A DNA stretch of 63,389 nucleotides, counting the filler, from Albugo candida (lineage: Eukaryota), in NCBI GenBank assembly GCA_040437565.1. It is 27 parts of 27 records of this genome, joined end to end, with 100 filler letters (N's around TTAATTAATTAA, not from the genome) between each part and the next. Parts side by side here need not be neighbours in the genome. Positions count along the whole stretch, not along the records: positions 35,813 to 38,059 come from JBDOQK010000328.1; positions 38,160 to 40,399 come from JBDOQK010000329.1; positions 40,500 to 42,733 come from JBDOQK010000330.1; positions 42,834 to 45,062 come from JBDOQK010000331.1; positions 45,163 to 47,377 come from JBDOQK010000332.1; positions 47,478 to 49,690 come from JBDOQK010000333.1; positions 49,791 to 51,987 come from JBDOQK010000334.1; 20 more parts are not named here. One strand, given 5' to 3'. A program made the translations under genes and the position numbers. This document shows, in pieces, positions 37,581 to 51,368 of the stretch (its first letter is position 1; every line of letters starts with the position of its first letter). The notes under the pieces were generated by a model. The model worked only from the letters and a program-made list of their open reading frames with translations, was not told where the DNA came from and ran no database searches.

Positions 37581-40500
37581 CTTCCGAGATCACGGCAACA
37601 CGATATTCGAATCTCTTTGGATAGTCAACTTATGGGACAGATTTTCAAGCTTCCAAGAGGGAATGTCCGAGTAATGACGAAATCCACACACGCATGCGAA
37701 CAAGTGGAACGCCAGTCATACCGTTCTTCGTGAAAAATGTTTTCTTAAAGAGTAAGATACTTGGATCGCCGGTAATACTAGACGTGTTTAAGTCGGTCTT
37801 AAGTCGGAAGGGGGGGTTGAAGTCCCCCACGAAAAAAGGTGTGGAATTCCTTCTTCTTGATACCCTTCGAGAAGAAAATTTATCCAAAAGAGTGGTTCTG
37901 TCGACGTGAAAAATTTACTTTGCATCATCCACAGACCCGAAGCATGGGTGCGTATAGGTAAGATATGCGATCAAATCACATTTACAGCAATATATGTTTC
38001 CTTCGCGGGGTAAGCACGCTCTATTTCCGACAGAGCGACCACGCTTCGGTCAGTCTGAGNNNNNNNNNNNNNNNNNNNNNNNNNNNNNNNNNNNNNNNNN
38101 NNNTTAATTAATTAANNNNNNNNNNNNNNNNNNNNNNNNNNNNNNNNNNNNNNNNNNNNCAGTTTTGACACAGATTCAAGGCTCATTATCACCAATTTTT
38201 CACTAGAATTTTGTAGACAGCTTCTTGCTGCTGAGAAAACCTTCTCATTCTCATCTGAAAATACTTTTTTTGAATGTCTTTAAGCTCTTCCACACACTCT
38301 CAAATCTCTGTTCAAAGTGATGAAGAAAGTCTGATAAGAACAGAAGAGTCAGATAGGATCAGATCAATAATAGCGCGGAAAGGTGGGATAAGAAATAGTT
38401 TACTAATAGTATAGAGTAGCGATATTAAGAAAGTGGTTCAGGCTAAGACTTTCGTTTTGAGAGCCAACGACCTACAAATGTAGACAACCTCCCAATTCGA
38501 CAACAATACAAAGACCATCGGAGCTAATATACACCGACAAAAATATTTGGCAGGCAACCCAATCGCTACTATACAAAGAGGCATAGAGGAATTATATTCT
38601 TTAAACTTGTATATGATAGTTTACAAAGATTAAAGATTGGGTAATGTTTGATATATTACCTGAAGATCTGGTGGTAAAAAGCTTAGTGCAGCTTAAAGTG
38701 ATTCCAGAAGGTACATATACAATCACATGTGATTTGTTTTTTGCACGAGCAACCGATATTTGTTGTCTTAACCTATATCACTATTTAAGCTCTCTTCGTA
38801 CACCATCGAAACTCTACCACAAAAGTGTTATGTAATCCTTGAGGTCTTCGTTCTTTTCGGACCTATGACATATCTCTTGATCCAAAACGTTTTCGATTCC
38901 TTACCGAAAATTTTCAATGACTCGATATTCCATCAGAACACTACGTGGAATCCTCACTACTCACTAAGAAGACTTTCACAATCTTAATTTTTTTAAAAAT
39001 GTTAGTCTCCCTTCAAACGAGTTTTGGAATCTTTCTCAACTTTTCTTTACAAAGCCCAAAGCCAGTTTTCCTCATTGCAGAACAAACAGTCCTATTTCTA
39101 ACCTTTTGATTTCCCTTTAACATTCCACGAAAAGATTCAGAATTCTGATTATAAGTGAATGAAATGTTTCTTATACAATTGAAACTTCTTTCTCACTCAT
39201 TGTTTTGGATTTCCTTCAATTTTTTTCAAACTGCTCTGAAGTTCACTTCAAACGCATTTTGGAAAAATATCCATTCAATTTTTGAGATTCGTAAACCTTA
39301 AACGATTCCTTTCTTACGTGTAGACATCTTGTCATTGTTTCCTAGTTTGCTATGTTTACAGTCACCTGGAACTTTGAAGATCTTCTTTGGCTTCATAAAC
39401 TGACTTTTCGCATCAGGAATTATAGGATGTTGTCCTATCATCCAATTTAGAAGTTATTGTGTTTAAAACATTATTACAAGAATCTCTTCTTGAACAGCTT
39501 TAATTACCCGGATACAAACTAGCCCACCTGAGTTCCCGGGATTCTCTCTCGCTCAACTCTTGCTAAGCATCCATCGGTTTGAACCCACTCGGAATATTTT
39601 GAAAGAATCGACTTCAACGCATTAAGAATTGTGATGAGCTTACTTTATCGTGTTGGAGACTCTTCTGTGCTATTCAAAAATATATTGATTTGTTTCAGAG
39701 AATATCAGAATACTCATGACAACTAAGGAAAAATCAGGCTTTGACTGATCTAGATCTCTTTCAAAGCATTCTTGACGAAATACAGGCGATTCCCAATAAC
39801 TTTATCAAACTTTTTCATAAAAATCTTTTTCGGTCCTGGAGCTCTCTTATTCTTTTGGTCAACATAAACTAGTGCTCGGATATTTTTCAAAGTCTCACTG
39901 CAGCTGTCAGAGAATTGCCAAATACGTTCCGGAAATGTTGAAGCTCTTTCACATCTTTTGTTGTCACCTAAACGTTTAAATTCATTTTGACTGTTGTAGA
40001 AAAATACCTTTATTCCTCAGGAGCTGTCAGAAAGTCGCCGGAGATTCTTAACAACCCCTTTTTGAATCCCAAAGCTATTACATGGTTTTCATCCTGAAAA
40101 ACTGCCAATTATTACTCAGTCTTCGAAAAAACGCTGTTACTCGCAAGGCTACAATAATTCCTCGGCTGAGTGTTCCGAGTTTTCTACAAAGGCATCAGTG
40201 TTTTTTTGAATATTAGGAAACTATATATTCTTTTGATAGACCATGGGTTCATCATCAGGTAATCTGCATCTTAGCGGCAGATTTGTCTGCCACAAAACCT
40301 TAGCCGTATGTAGACACATAATCCACATCGACTTTTTGCATGAGCGATACCAGATAATATCTGAGCATTCAGGAAGTGCGTGTGCGAGTATTCTGATATN
40401 NNNNNNNNNNNNNNNNNNNNNNNNNNNNNNNNNNNNNNNNNNNTTAATTAATTAANNNNNNNNNNNNNNNNNNNNNNNNNNNNNNNNNNNNNNNNNNNNG

Positions 40501-43066
40501 ATGATGGTGATGATGGATACATCAAAGACGAGGAGAATTTACTGATCAATAGTTTTGTGAAAGTGATGATACTAGCTAAAGTTATTCGAGAAAATGTTCG
40601 TATATCGAGTGCTGCGGTTAACGCGACTTGAGTCGATTCTGAGCATCACAATACATGTGATGAAAAATGCCAAGGATCGTGAAAATAAGCAACGATGTAT
40701 TTGGCAGCTATTTTGCAAGTCATCATCGTTTGTCAACCCATTCCCATCGCAACATGGAAGTCGTCAATGCATTTCGTCAACATATACACATTATCAGCTA
40801 TTCAGCCCGTAACCTTACTGAAACATACCAAAGACGCCGTCCGCGTGGACGTTATATTGACGTTGTAAACATGAGAAAGCGCCTACGGGTTACGACAGTG
40901 GTCGCTCTAAATGTTGGAACGTGGGTTACAAACGCCATACATTTCTAAAGAAAATGAACGGTAACAATAGTGACGGAAATAAATGCTATTTGCCTTAGAT
41001 GTGATCACACCTGAATAATAATTCGAGCCATAATGCACACCATTTCGTTTTCTTGGAATCCACTGATGCGATTTACTGCAGGAAGTGTCCGTTTAGACTG
41101 ACGTAAAGCTGATGGTCACCCTCATACCATCTAGAAAGCAGCAGTCACTAAAATAGTTCTCGTATTCCTAACGCACGGTTCGACCTCCAGCTGCTCGAGT
41201 AATGATTGTATCATTGTAGTACGGTCGAGATGTTGAAGCAAAGTCTGAGGAAAAAAATAGCGCGTCTAACAATGCAGTATATTATGGTGAGGTGAAATAA
41301 AATATTTCATCTATCAGGGAATCTTGCAAATTACACAATTGATTATACATATATGTGATACGCGATGCAGGCGCTTTGTTTACTTTTGTGAATTTTCTAC
41401 TACTTCAAAATCGAGAGAAATGACGTTGGAGTGCCGGTGATGTCGATACGGAACGGTTATTCAGGCATTGCATCTTCCGATTTCCGAGTAAGCCAAAATG
41501 TAGCGATTTCGTGCAAAGTCCATTGCGCTAAAACTTCTGTTTCGGGCTTCACACAAACTTGCTTGAAACAGCTTTGCATTCGAGGCGACTGTAAGAAGTA
41601 TGCTGTGAACAGAGCACCACACTATCTATACGGTATGCATGAAACTAAAGGAGTGTCGCTTAGGTTGCATTCAATTGCGTAATGTATGATACTTTTCGTG
41701 TAAGTCATTATTTTCACACATCAACTCTCCGATTACAAAATGGATAATGCATTCCACGATGCATTTCCTGGTGCAGTCGTTGAGCATACATATCATGGTT
41801 TCTGGAACGGTATAACACCGCACAAAGTGAGTCCTCAAGTATAGGTAGCTTGGAGCAGAATTCAGGCGTGCTCGTTGTGTTATCGTTACTTCTACGGCCA
41901 AGTCGCTTGTAGAGTCAGTGTTGGTTCCATGTAGCAGCTCAAAAGTTCTCGAGCGATGTTATTCTATTAAACTCGTCTTCTCGACCTTAGTATTCGTGTT
42001 TGAAGATGTTGAAAACGGATCCAACGGCAACATAGTGAGTTTGAAAAGACCGCAGCAAGAAGCTTTACTGAAACTGATATCCTCAAGATACTGAGATGTC
42101 GACGCTTGTGCAACTATGCCGTTTTAAGACTAGATGGTATAGAGCCCTTCTGCGCAGCGATTTCGTTGCGATACATTTCCTTTGAGTTCCATGCAAGAAA
42201 TAGCTTTGAACAGGATTCTCGAGAAAAGTGAGATACGTCGCCGTCGAAGGAATTTACTTTTTATCTCCGATAAGAAACGACACGGTATGCATGTAAATGT
42301 ACATCCCATTTGATCCTTCCAGAAACATTCATTGATATTTTTCTTGCACCCCGTATTCTAAAATGCTCCTGTAATAGGAATGATGAAGCGTCATTAGAAA
42401 ATCACGGCGTGGGTCAGATTTCACGCAAGCAATCTTCAGCGACAGTCTAAACAGGCAGTTATCCCGTTTACTTGGTATCGAAACATCTACGGTAGAGCAT
42501 TGTACATTTTACCGAAGGTGAAATGGATTGACGCGTTCATGCAAAAAGTAAATATACGGCGAAGAGAACTTCTAAAGATCAGTCGGGATATAGCAATCTA
42601 TTTCAAAGTGTTAGATACTTCAAGTCAAATAATGACCGCAAGCACAAAATTCTGTGACGCTGATACATAAAATGGCAGCAAGGAGATAGTATCGGAACGA
42701 AAGCGCTTCTCTTCATCTCGAGGATACTATACANNNNNNNNNNNNNNNNNNNNNNNNNNNNNNNNNNNNNNNNNNNNTTAATTAATTAANNNNNNNNNNN
42801 NNNNNNNNNNNNNNNNNNNNNNNNNNNNNNNNNTTTTTTTATAGGATAACAAATAGAATTCATCCTTTGAAAAAGTTTGAAAAAGGAAAATATACTTCAT
42901 CACATACGTTGAAAGGAAAGTCGCTATTGTATTGGTTATATGAGATATTTTTGATACTTAGCTTTTTTTTTATTATATAGATCGCATCATTTCGAAAACA
43001 TATAAATAGGAACGGATTTCCAATGGATTTTTTTTTCATTATACTTTTTTTATTACACTTCCTACT

Positions 43067-44391
43067 ATGTCTAGCAACTCCCAAAACTCTGCTACATCTA
43101 ACCAAGAATCCAATGACTCAAGCGTTTTGTGTCCTCCTAATGATATCAGCTACAATGACGTGATTGATAGCTTTGGCTTTTCAAGTAGTGATGTTGTACA
43201 TTCTCCTCTCTTCTCTACCAAATTTGATTTAGATGCCATGGAACAAAGAATTTTAAAATCTATAACAAACTTGTCTGAAAATATTCCTTTGATGGTTCAA
43301 ACTGCTATGGATAATTACTACAGCAAGTTTAACAAGTCTGCAAACGTTGTTTCCCACTTGATAGGTAATGCCTACAAATAATTTTATAATTTTTTTTGTG
43401 AATAATATACTAATTTCTTTTGTAATTTAATTAGACATTGAAGAGAAGTATAAGGGGTTACAAGTAACTGCAAATTCTTTGTTAGCTCTCTTTAGAGATT
43501 CAACAGCCCTTTTTGAAATAATCCATAATCAAAACAAAGCAGGTAATCGATTGTGGGAAGCCGGAAACTTCTTAACTCCAAGATACCGTTATATGGCTAT
43601 TGGGTACAAACAAGAACTTTATGATTCAGAAAAGATTACTATCGACGATAAGAAGATCACTGAACAAATTTTAGAGCCATACAAAAAAGCGTATGATAAC
43701 ACGTACAACTTGTGTATGTATTTTTGTAAGGTACAGGTACTCCCTGGTAAAAGACATGAGTACACTACTTTCTCCAAATTGGAAAGCGGTGCGGTTTTGA
43801 AGGTGATTGCATTGATGCTTGAATATTTTGTTGACCAGTTTGGGAGGACAAAAGGTGTTGATGTACTTCCTTTGTACTCGTGTAAAAAAACATGGGCTGC
43901 CACAAAAATGCTTGGTGAATGTGTTGATAGTATTATCAAGGCTGATAAACGTGTAAGTATTATAAAATACAAATGGACATCGCAGTCATTAATACTCTTT
44001 CCCTTTGATTTATAGAAGAATGCAGCAAAAAAAAAATCAGGAAAAGGTAGCAAAAACTCGGTAGAAGATGAATGTGAAGAGTACACCAACCTTCTTGAAA
44101 AATGCAATGATTTGGAAAGAGTTCGTGCTGTTGAGATTGATGTTTCTGGTATTGATCCAGTCACCATCCTCCAAGATGCTAACGAGAAGAGTAAGAGGGT
44201 GCTTACTTCTGCTGAGGATTTGCACCAGAGTTCCAATGATGAAGAAGAAAATGAAGAAGAAATAGTGGTTATTAGAAGCTCAAAGAATAAACAGTCAAAT
44301 AGGTACAGTAATAAAATATAATGAAATAAATTTGTAAATCCATATTGACTTCTCTTTTTAGTAACAAAAAAAGAAAGTCCGCCGAAAAATA
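43067..44391 (+). CDS. Four-exon hypothetical protein, Mucorales-type
   Basis: Approximate exons 43067-43363, 43435-43953, 44015-44302 and 44362-44391 with GT-AG introns. Contains LE......LPLYSC..TWAA..ML and an acidic/basic tail. Confidence 0.65.
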
Positions 44392-45162
44392 GCTATAAAT
44401 TCTTCTTTTTTTTCCTCTTCTCTTTTCTTTTTCTTTCGTTTTTCACATCTTTTTTTTTTTCCTTTAAATATAATAAACATACTCTCAAATAATACTAAAA
44501 GGACTGGCCCAAACCATTAGCAATTTTACGGTATATTAGAACTACCACAATGAACTACCTTAACTAACTTTTGTATTTTTTTTTCTAACAAGTCTCATTT
44601 CTATTGCATGTGAAGAACATTGGTATGTCGTTTTTATTAAGATATTCGTATAATATTAATGCTTCTATTAGGTTACTTTCCATTCAAGAAGTCGTCATCC
44701 TTAATGTGCCCTAGGTAAAAAAAAAGTCTTTTTATATGAATTGTTCGTGATACTCATCAAATTTTTTTTTCTTAGATTATTCAATTATAACTAGAGGTTG
44801 TTCATGTAATGCTGCTGAAATTGTATGGTATTAGTAAACAATATATTCACAATAATAAACTTCCTTTAATATAAAAAATTATTCCTTTCCTCCTTATTTT
44901 TTTGTATATAATATTTAATTCTTCTTAATAAAAACCTTGCTACTATATTAATTTTATACATCGTCTTATTTTTTAAATGATAAAACCAGTTTTAAATGAA
45001 TAAAAGTATACCACGGATACAATGGTATTTGGAGTTGATTTCAACATTTGCACCATTTTTTGNNNNNNNNNNNNNNNNNNNNNNNNNNNNNNNNNNNNNN
45101 NNNNNNTTAATTAATTAANNNNNNNNNNNNNNNNNNNNNNNNNNNNNNNNNNNNNNNNNNNN

Positions 45163-47310
45163 TCAGGATTGGTAGTAGGATCATTGCTAATATCATCACA
45201 AGGTACATTTGTATTATTATTATTACCAACTTCCAATCCATTACCATTTAATAAATCTTCTTCCAAATATTCTTCTAATTCTTTATTTGTATCAATTAAA
45301 TTTTGAACTTGACTGTCGAAATCAATACTTGTTTTTTTATTTTTTCTTTCTTGTTCTTCAAAGTATCTTAGTCTCTTATTGCTGGTAAAAGGAATAGGTT
45401 TGCCGGTAGACGAGACAGAAAACGAAGAGGGTGTTCTATTAAAGTAATTTCAAAAAAAAAAAATTAGCATTCATTATAAGTCGAAATTACTCTATACTAG
45501 ATAAAAACTTACAACAAGTTTCTAGTTGATTGTTGTTGTTGTGGTGGTGGTGGTGGTGGTAGCTGTTGCTGCTGTTGTTGGCTTCTTCTCGCTTCTATTC
45601 TAAGTTTTTTTTCATATCGGCTTCTTAAAAATAACTTCCAGGCATTATAAACCACATTTTTTTGTTCTTCAATAATATGTTCCTCCCATTCTTCAATTTC
45701 CCAATTCTTCATTTTCAATTCAGGATCTAATACGGTGGCGCAACTGTATATATTACTGTAGTCTGTCTTGGCGTAATATGATGATAATTTTTTATAAGCT
45801 ACTGAGGCTGCATTTTTGAGTACTTGATTCGAACGTTCATCATCTAAATAGGCTTCAAGTTTATCAAATATTGCGTTGTACAAGCAAACCGACCTATTAA
45901 TTGTTGTATGTCTAAAAAGAACTAGCGTCAATATGAAACTTTATATGTCACATGTGAATTTCAGTTTTACCTTTGAGAGCAAAGCCAAAGAGTACCAGTA
46001 TAAAAAATTTGAAGTAAGTCACGTAAATGGGTCAAGAAAATATGTTCATCATCGCTGATCATCAAGTCAGTGGTCTTATGAGAAGGAGAAGCAAGTGCGT
46101 GGTTGTACGCTTCTTTTAGAATCAAAAACCTGTTAATCATATCAAACGTAGAGTTCCAACGCGTTTTACAATCAAATTTTAATAATAGTTTTGGAGCATC
46201 AGTACAATATAAATCACGATGTTTTACGAATCGATTATTTAAAGCAAGAACAGTCCTAAATAATTCAGAAATATTGTTGGTATACTTGAGATAATATTTT
46301 ATAATATGCCAAACTTACTTAATCTTGATACACCCTTTACGTAGTTTCTTAACTACTTTTACTTCCAAACAAGAGGCAAGTTGTTCGTTTGGTTCTTCAC
46401 CGTTACGTTCACCATCATCATCATCCAAATTAATATTATTATTGTATATATCAGCTTCCAAGTAGGCTTCAGAAAAAATACCATTCTTTATAATATCTTG
46501 ACATGCCAAGTTCAGAACGTGAGCAGTACAAGAGATAAGTTGATTTTTTGAATTGAATATGAACAAATTTCTTTCCTCTAACATACTTTGAATAAATTCA
46601 CCCATTTTGATATTATTTGAAGCATTATCAGCAGTAATTGTATGTAATAGATGAGTAATTCCATAGTCGTCAAGTACACCAATAAAAACTTCAGCTAATT
46701 TCTCTCCAGAATGGACTATGTCATTCAAATTTTCAAATCCAATAGTATATTGCTTTGGAATCCAGGTTTTTTTTTCTATGTAATGAGCTGTGATTGACAT
46801 ATAACTATCACTAGTTGGTGCAGTCCAAACATCGGTTGTAAAGCATAAGAATTCTTGAGATTGTAAAACGGATTTTACTTTTTCTTTAGCATCTGAATAA
46901 TGATTTTGAATTAGTCTCGTGATAGTAGATCTTGATGGTAATTTGATTACAGATAAGATTTTTTCGGAAGTTGAATTGCATACATAGTTTAAAAGATTTT
47001 GAAATGAGTAATTTTTCTCTACAAAATTATATGGTAACTGATTTTCAATAATAAGTTTAACAAGTAATTGATGAAAAGTTTTTTTATCAAGAGGCTGATT
47101 GGTACCAGTAAGTGTTGAAGATGATGAAGAGACAGGCGTTCGAGTGAAATAGTCTAATAGATTTTTTTTATTTCCAGATAAGCATTCTTTTACGAAATCA
47201 TGATCAAATTTAGGTTCATCCATTTCCATAAGTAATTCTTCGTTATTTGTTGCGACTATTTGTTTCTTGTATTGAGATAGTAAATCAATTATTTTTTCAT
47301 CTACAGTTAT
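45163..47310 (-). mobile_element. hAT transposase (multi-exon, truncated at both ends)
   Basis: LPYNFVE, FTTDVWT, ITADNASNN, SCTAHVLNL, FDCKTRWNST, KKLSSYY, VLDP. Shares the LWLCSQR intron position with the copy at 2434-4032. Confidence 0.92.
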
Positions 47311-47888
47311 TAAAATAAAATAAGTCAGTGATTAATCTAGCTTTGATATTAACGTGTTATTTATATATCTTACGAGANNNNNNNNNNNNNNNNNNNNNNN
47401 NNNNNNNNNNNNNNNNNNNNNTTAATTAATTAANNNNNNNNNNNNNNNNNNNNNNNNNNNNNNNNNNNNNNNNNNNNGTCTTCGTTAGTAGATGTAATCA
47501 TCTTAGATAAAATGTTCGTTTCACAAAATTGTAAGAGCCGAATTACTGGTAGAAATCATTATTAAAACTTACTAACACAAAGGTCAGTTCCCCATAAAAT
47601 CTATGTAGAATTATAATATGTATTCTTAACATAGTAATTTCACACATTATGAAAGCATTACGGCTTTACTAAATATTAGGTGCTCTCAAGGACTTCGCTG
47701 AATTTTTTTTTTACCCTTTATAGTAATATAAATTTTTTTATAAATTTCGGATAATCATTCGGTCTCTATTTATCCGTGCTGAGATTTTAGAAAATACTAA
47801 AAAAACCCCACCAGTCACAACTTATTTCTTCTTTTTCTTCTCGAAAAATATAATCAAATAAAAAGAACAATTTTACACTTAAACCAAA

Positions 47889-49498
47889 ATGAACTTTGAA
47901 AGTAACGAAGAACGCGAACAATTTATTTTATCTGCCATTTCTCACTTCAAGCGCCAAACTGAGCAGTCTTATATGCAAGCAGTTAACGCTGTTGTTCAAA
48001 ATTACATGGCTGCTAGACGTTTAAGAATGGCATTTTTTGCTAGCTACAACTCGATGGTGTACTTCCACAGAAATGTTATCGAGTACTCAATCAACATGTT
48101 CGAGGCAATTTTTTATTACTCTCCTTTTGCTATTTTTGACCGCGAAAGAAGAGGTCGTGAAGATAGAATGGACTTCACTGAACAATACTGGTTGCAAAAA
48201 CATCCCAGCTTTGGTGAAGAGGGATATAACAGCTTCAGGGCTCACTATCGTGTCAACAGAAGTACCTTTAACGCCATTGTAGAAAAATGCAAGAGAGGAA
48301 GCCAATACTTTGGATCACAAATGCGCGGTGGCATTCCAGTAGAAGTCCAAGTTGCAACTGTTTTTTGGAGATTTTCAAACACACATTTTGGATACCGAAT
48401 TGCAGAGACTCACCTTGGTGCATCAGCTGGCTCATTCAACAATTTTACTGAGCGTTTTATTGAAACAATGTTTGAATTAAGCAATGAAGTAATCAACTGG
48501 CCTCGTGATGATTTGGAAAGAGCCGAAAGAATTGCAAAAGGCTTTGAAGAATTGGGTGGAAGAAGGGACAGACTTCCTAGAACTATTGGTGCTATTGATG
48601 GAAAAGATGTGGTGATCCAAAAGCCTAAGCATATTGGAAACCAATATGTAAACAGAAAAGGAAACGCTTCCATTAGTATGATGGCTGTTTGCGATTCTCA
48701 AACAAGATTTATGTTCTTGAGAATTGGTGATACTGGTAAGTAGTGTAATTGAATATTAAGCATTAGAAATTAAGTTTGACACATTTCATTTAGGTCGTGT
48801 TCACGACGCCAGACAGTTCACTCAAAGTGAATTGTTTCATGGATTGCTCCAAAACTCTGAAAGCTGGTGTCCTAATGATATGAATATCATTGGTGGTATG
48901 TAGTAGTTATTATATAAACAAGTTAGATATATTACGAAAGGCTTACTTTTTTTTTTTGAAAGACTCTGCTTACCCTATGATGAAGAATCTTTTTCCCCCG
49001 TACAGAAATGCTCGTCGGGGTACTCCTGAAAGCCATTTCAACAAAATCCATGCTAAAACTCGACAAAAAATTGAACATGCTTTTGGAGGATTAACATCGC
49101 GTTGGAGATTCCTTTGGAAGCATGTGTATATGCTCAAGATTGCTCGCATCATCAAGACCATTTATGCATGTTGTGTTTTACATAACATTTGTGTAAACCA
49201 AAATGACAACCATAATCTCATTGGTGATGAACAACCCTTCCGTGAGTATATTCTCAACAATACGGTGGTTAGCGAAGAAGAAGCTTCTGAAGTAACTTTT
49301 GAAGAACCAGAAAGAGAAGCAGGTGAGACCTCTGGCGGTACTTACAGTAATGCTGATTTACAGCGTAACAAAAGAATTGGTAGAGAAAAGAGGGACGCGT
49401 TGAAGATGGAGCTGTGGAGGGATAGAGAACAAGTCCAAGAAAACAGAAATAGACGTAGAAGAAATAATAGAAATACAAATAGAAGAAGCAGAAGATGA
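47889..49498 (+). mobile_element. PIF/Harbinger transposase (DDE_Tnp_4), complete three-exon gene
   Basis: IGAIDG, YVNRKG..SI..MAVCD, G/RVHDA, IIG/DSAYP, FNKIH..TR..IEHAFG.L..RWRFL, CCVLHNIC. Introns at 48736-48793 and 48896-48962 restore the frame. Confidence 0.93.
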
Positions 49499-49790
49499 TA
49501 ATTTTTTTATTATTTTAAATATATTAAATTTTACTCAATCTTTTTATTTATAGTGATCAAATGTATGAGATCGAGAACGGGAAGTAGAGGGAGAATATAA
49601 AGTGGAGGAAGAAGGTGAAGATGGTCGAAGGTCAGGTAAAGTGAGAGAAGATGAAGGAGAGCGACGAGAAGAGCTAGGATTACGATGGGTNNNNNNNNNN
49701 NNNNNNNNNNNNNNNNNNNNNNNNNNNNNNNNNNTTAATTAATTAANNNNNNNNNNNNNNNNNNNNNNNNNNNNNNNNNNNNNNNNNNNN

Positions 49791-51368
49791 ATCATTTATA
49801 ACATCGATATCATCACGTTCATATTCTTGATAAAGAGCACTGATAGCTCGATGGCTGACCTTTCCGATCAGATTTGCAAATCGTAAATCTGTTGCTACCA
49901 ACACATCCACGGTATTTCTTTCTTTAAGTTCGAGAGCTCTATAATTTTGCTCGAAATCTTCCAAGTTTGCGACGAGGCAATTTATGGCAAGGTTCAATGG
50001 TTGTACAGTAGACATGCCTCTTTTCAAAATTTTATGACCACTTTCAGCTCTTTGGGAAGTTGTGCATCCGAAATGCATAATCTTCGACGTTATGTGACCT
50101 GCCCACTTTTCAACATGTTTTTCCCATTCAAATTCATAATATCGTTGGAAGCTTTTTTGTTGAACTTCACTCACAAAGTTATCACGATCGTTGAGTATAT
50201 CATAAACAGTGGCTTTCATTGTTTGATAGTCTGAGTTTGTTTGACAGCGCATTATCGACATTACAGTATTTTTAAACTCTCTAACTATTTTTCCCTCCTT
50301 CAATACTTTTGTGGTACACTTCTTATCTAAATTGTTTATCATGTGCCAAGTACACAACAACTTCTTATTTGTATCAAACTGGGCATTGAGTTGATTCATT
50401 AAAGCGGTACATTTATCGGTGACAAAAACAGTGTGATCAAGCGATCCAAACAAACTTTTTAAAGACTTCAAGAACCATTCATAAATAAACTCTTTTTCCG
50501 TTGTGACCCAAGCAAATGCTATGGGGAATGTTTTCAAAACCAATCCTCCAACATTGCTGACACCGTAAGCACATATAAATGGCATGTCCAAATTATTTGT
50601 CATATATGTAGCGTCGATAATCATTACTTCAGGGAATCTTACAAATTTTTCGATCAAGGACCTGTTCGTAAGAAAGAGTCCATCTAAAGTTTGCGAAGAG
50701 TCGGTGTGATAAAGAGTAATCAAACCCATGCTTTCAGCGTATGTCATAAGCATTGCTGCTCCATTTTCAGATTTTAAATCCAATTGTACTTTTCTTTTGT
50801 ATTTGATGTTATTAATATCATGGATCGTAAGTTTATGTACATCAGATGCAGAACTGATAGATTTTTGAATAAGCTTAACAGGAAAGTTGTGTCTGAGTCC
50901 GTCGTTTATTTTGCTGATGTCGTTAGGAGTCAATTGACTATGTCTTCCTATTTTTGTAGTAAGTAGATCGTAATGAGAAATAGCATGATTATGACAGTGT
51001 TCGTTATCTCCAACAGCTTTCGAGTAAGTAAAGCCTTCGTTGACTTTTTTAGACACTCTTATTTTATATGGACAACCGGTTTTTGAACTAGTTTTAGTAC
51101 GTTTGCGTTCCCGGGTGGACGTTTTTCTCCAGTTTCTATACTCTCTAGCTTTTGAACATTCAAGGTGTAAGATTGTGCCTTTCTTTGACGTGAGAGTTGA
51201 AAGTAAGAAGTTATTCTCAACAGCAAAAGTTTGAAGGGTCTTTCTCACTTCGTCTAGGTTGTGAATCTCCTCAATCGTAGGTAATTCGGAAAGTACTTTG
51301 TAGCACTTTAAATCGTTGGTCTCAACCTCATCGTTCGTGAAGTCTACGTCTTCTGAATTAATATTCAT
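49791..51368 (-). mobile_element. MULE/Mutator transposase with FAR1-type DNA-binding domain, 3' truncated
   Basis: ECSK...SSKTGCPY...HCHNH; DDE motifs IIDATYMTN, FVTDKCTAL, LCTWHM, TTSQRAESGH. Confidence 0.93.
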
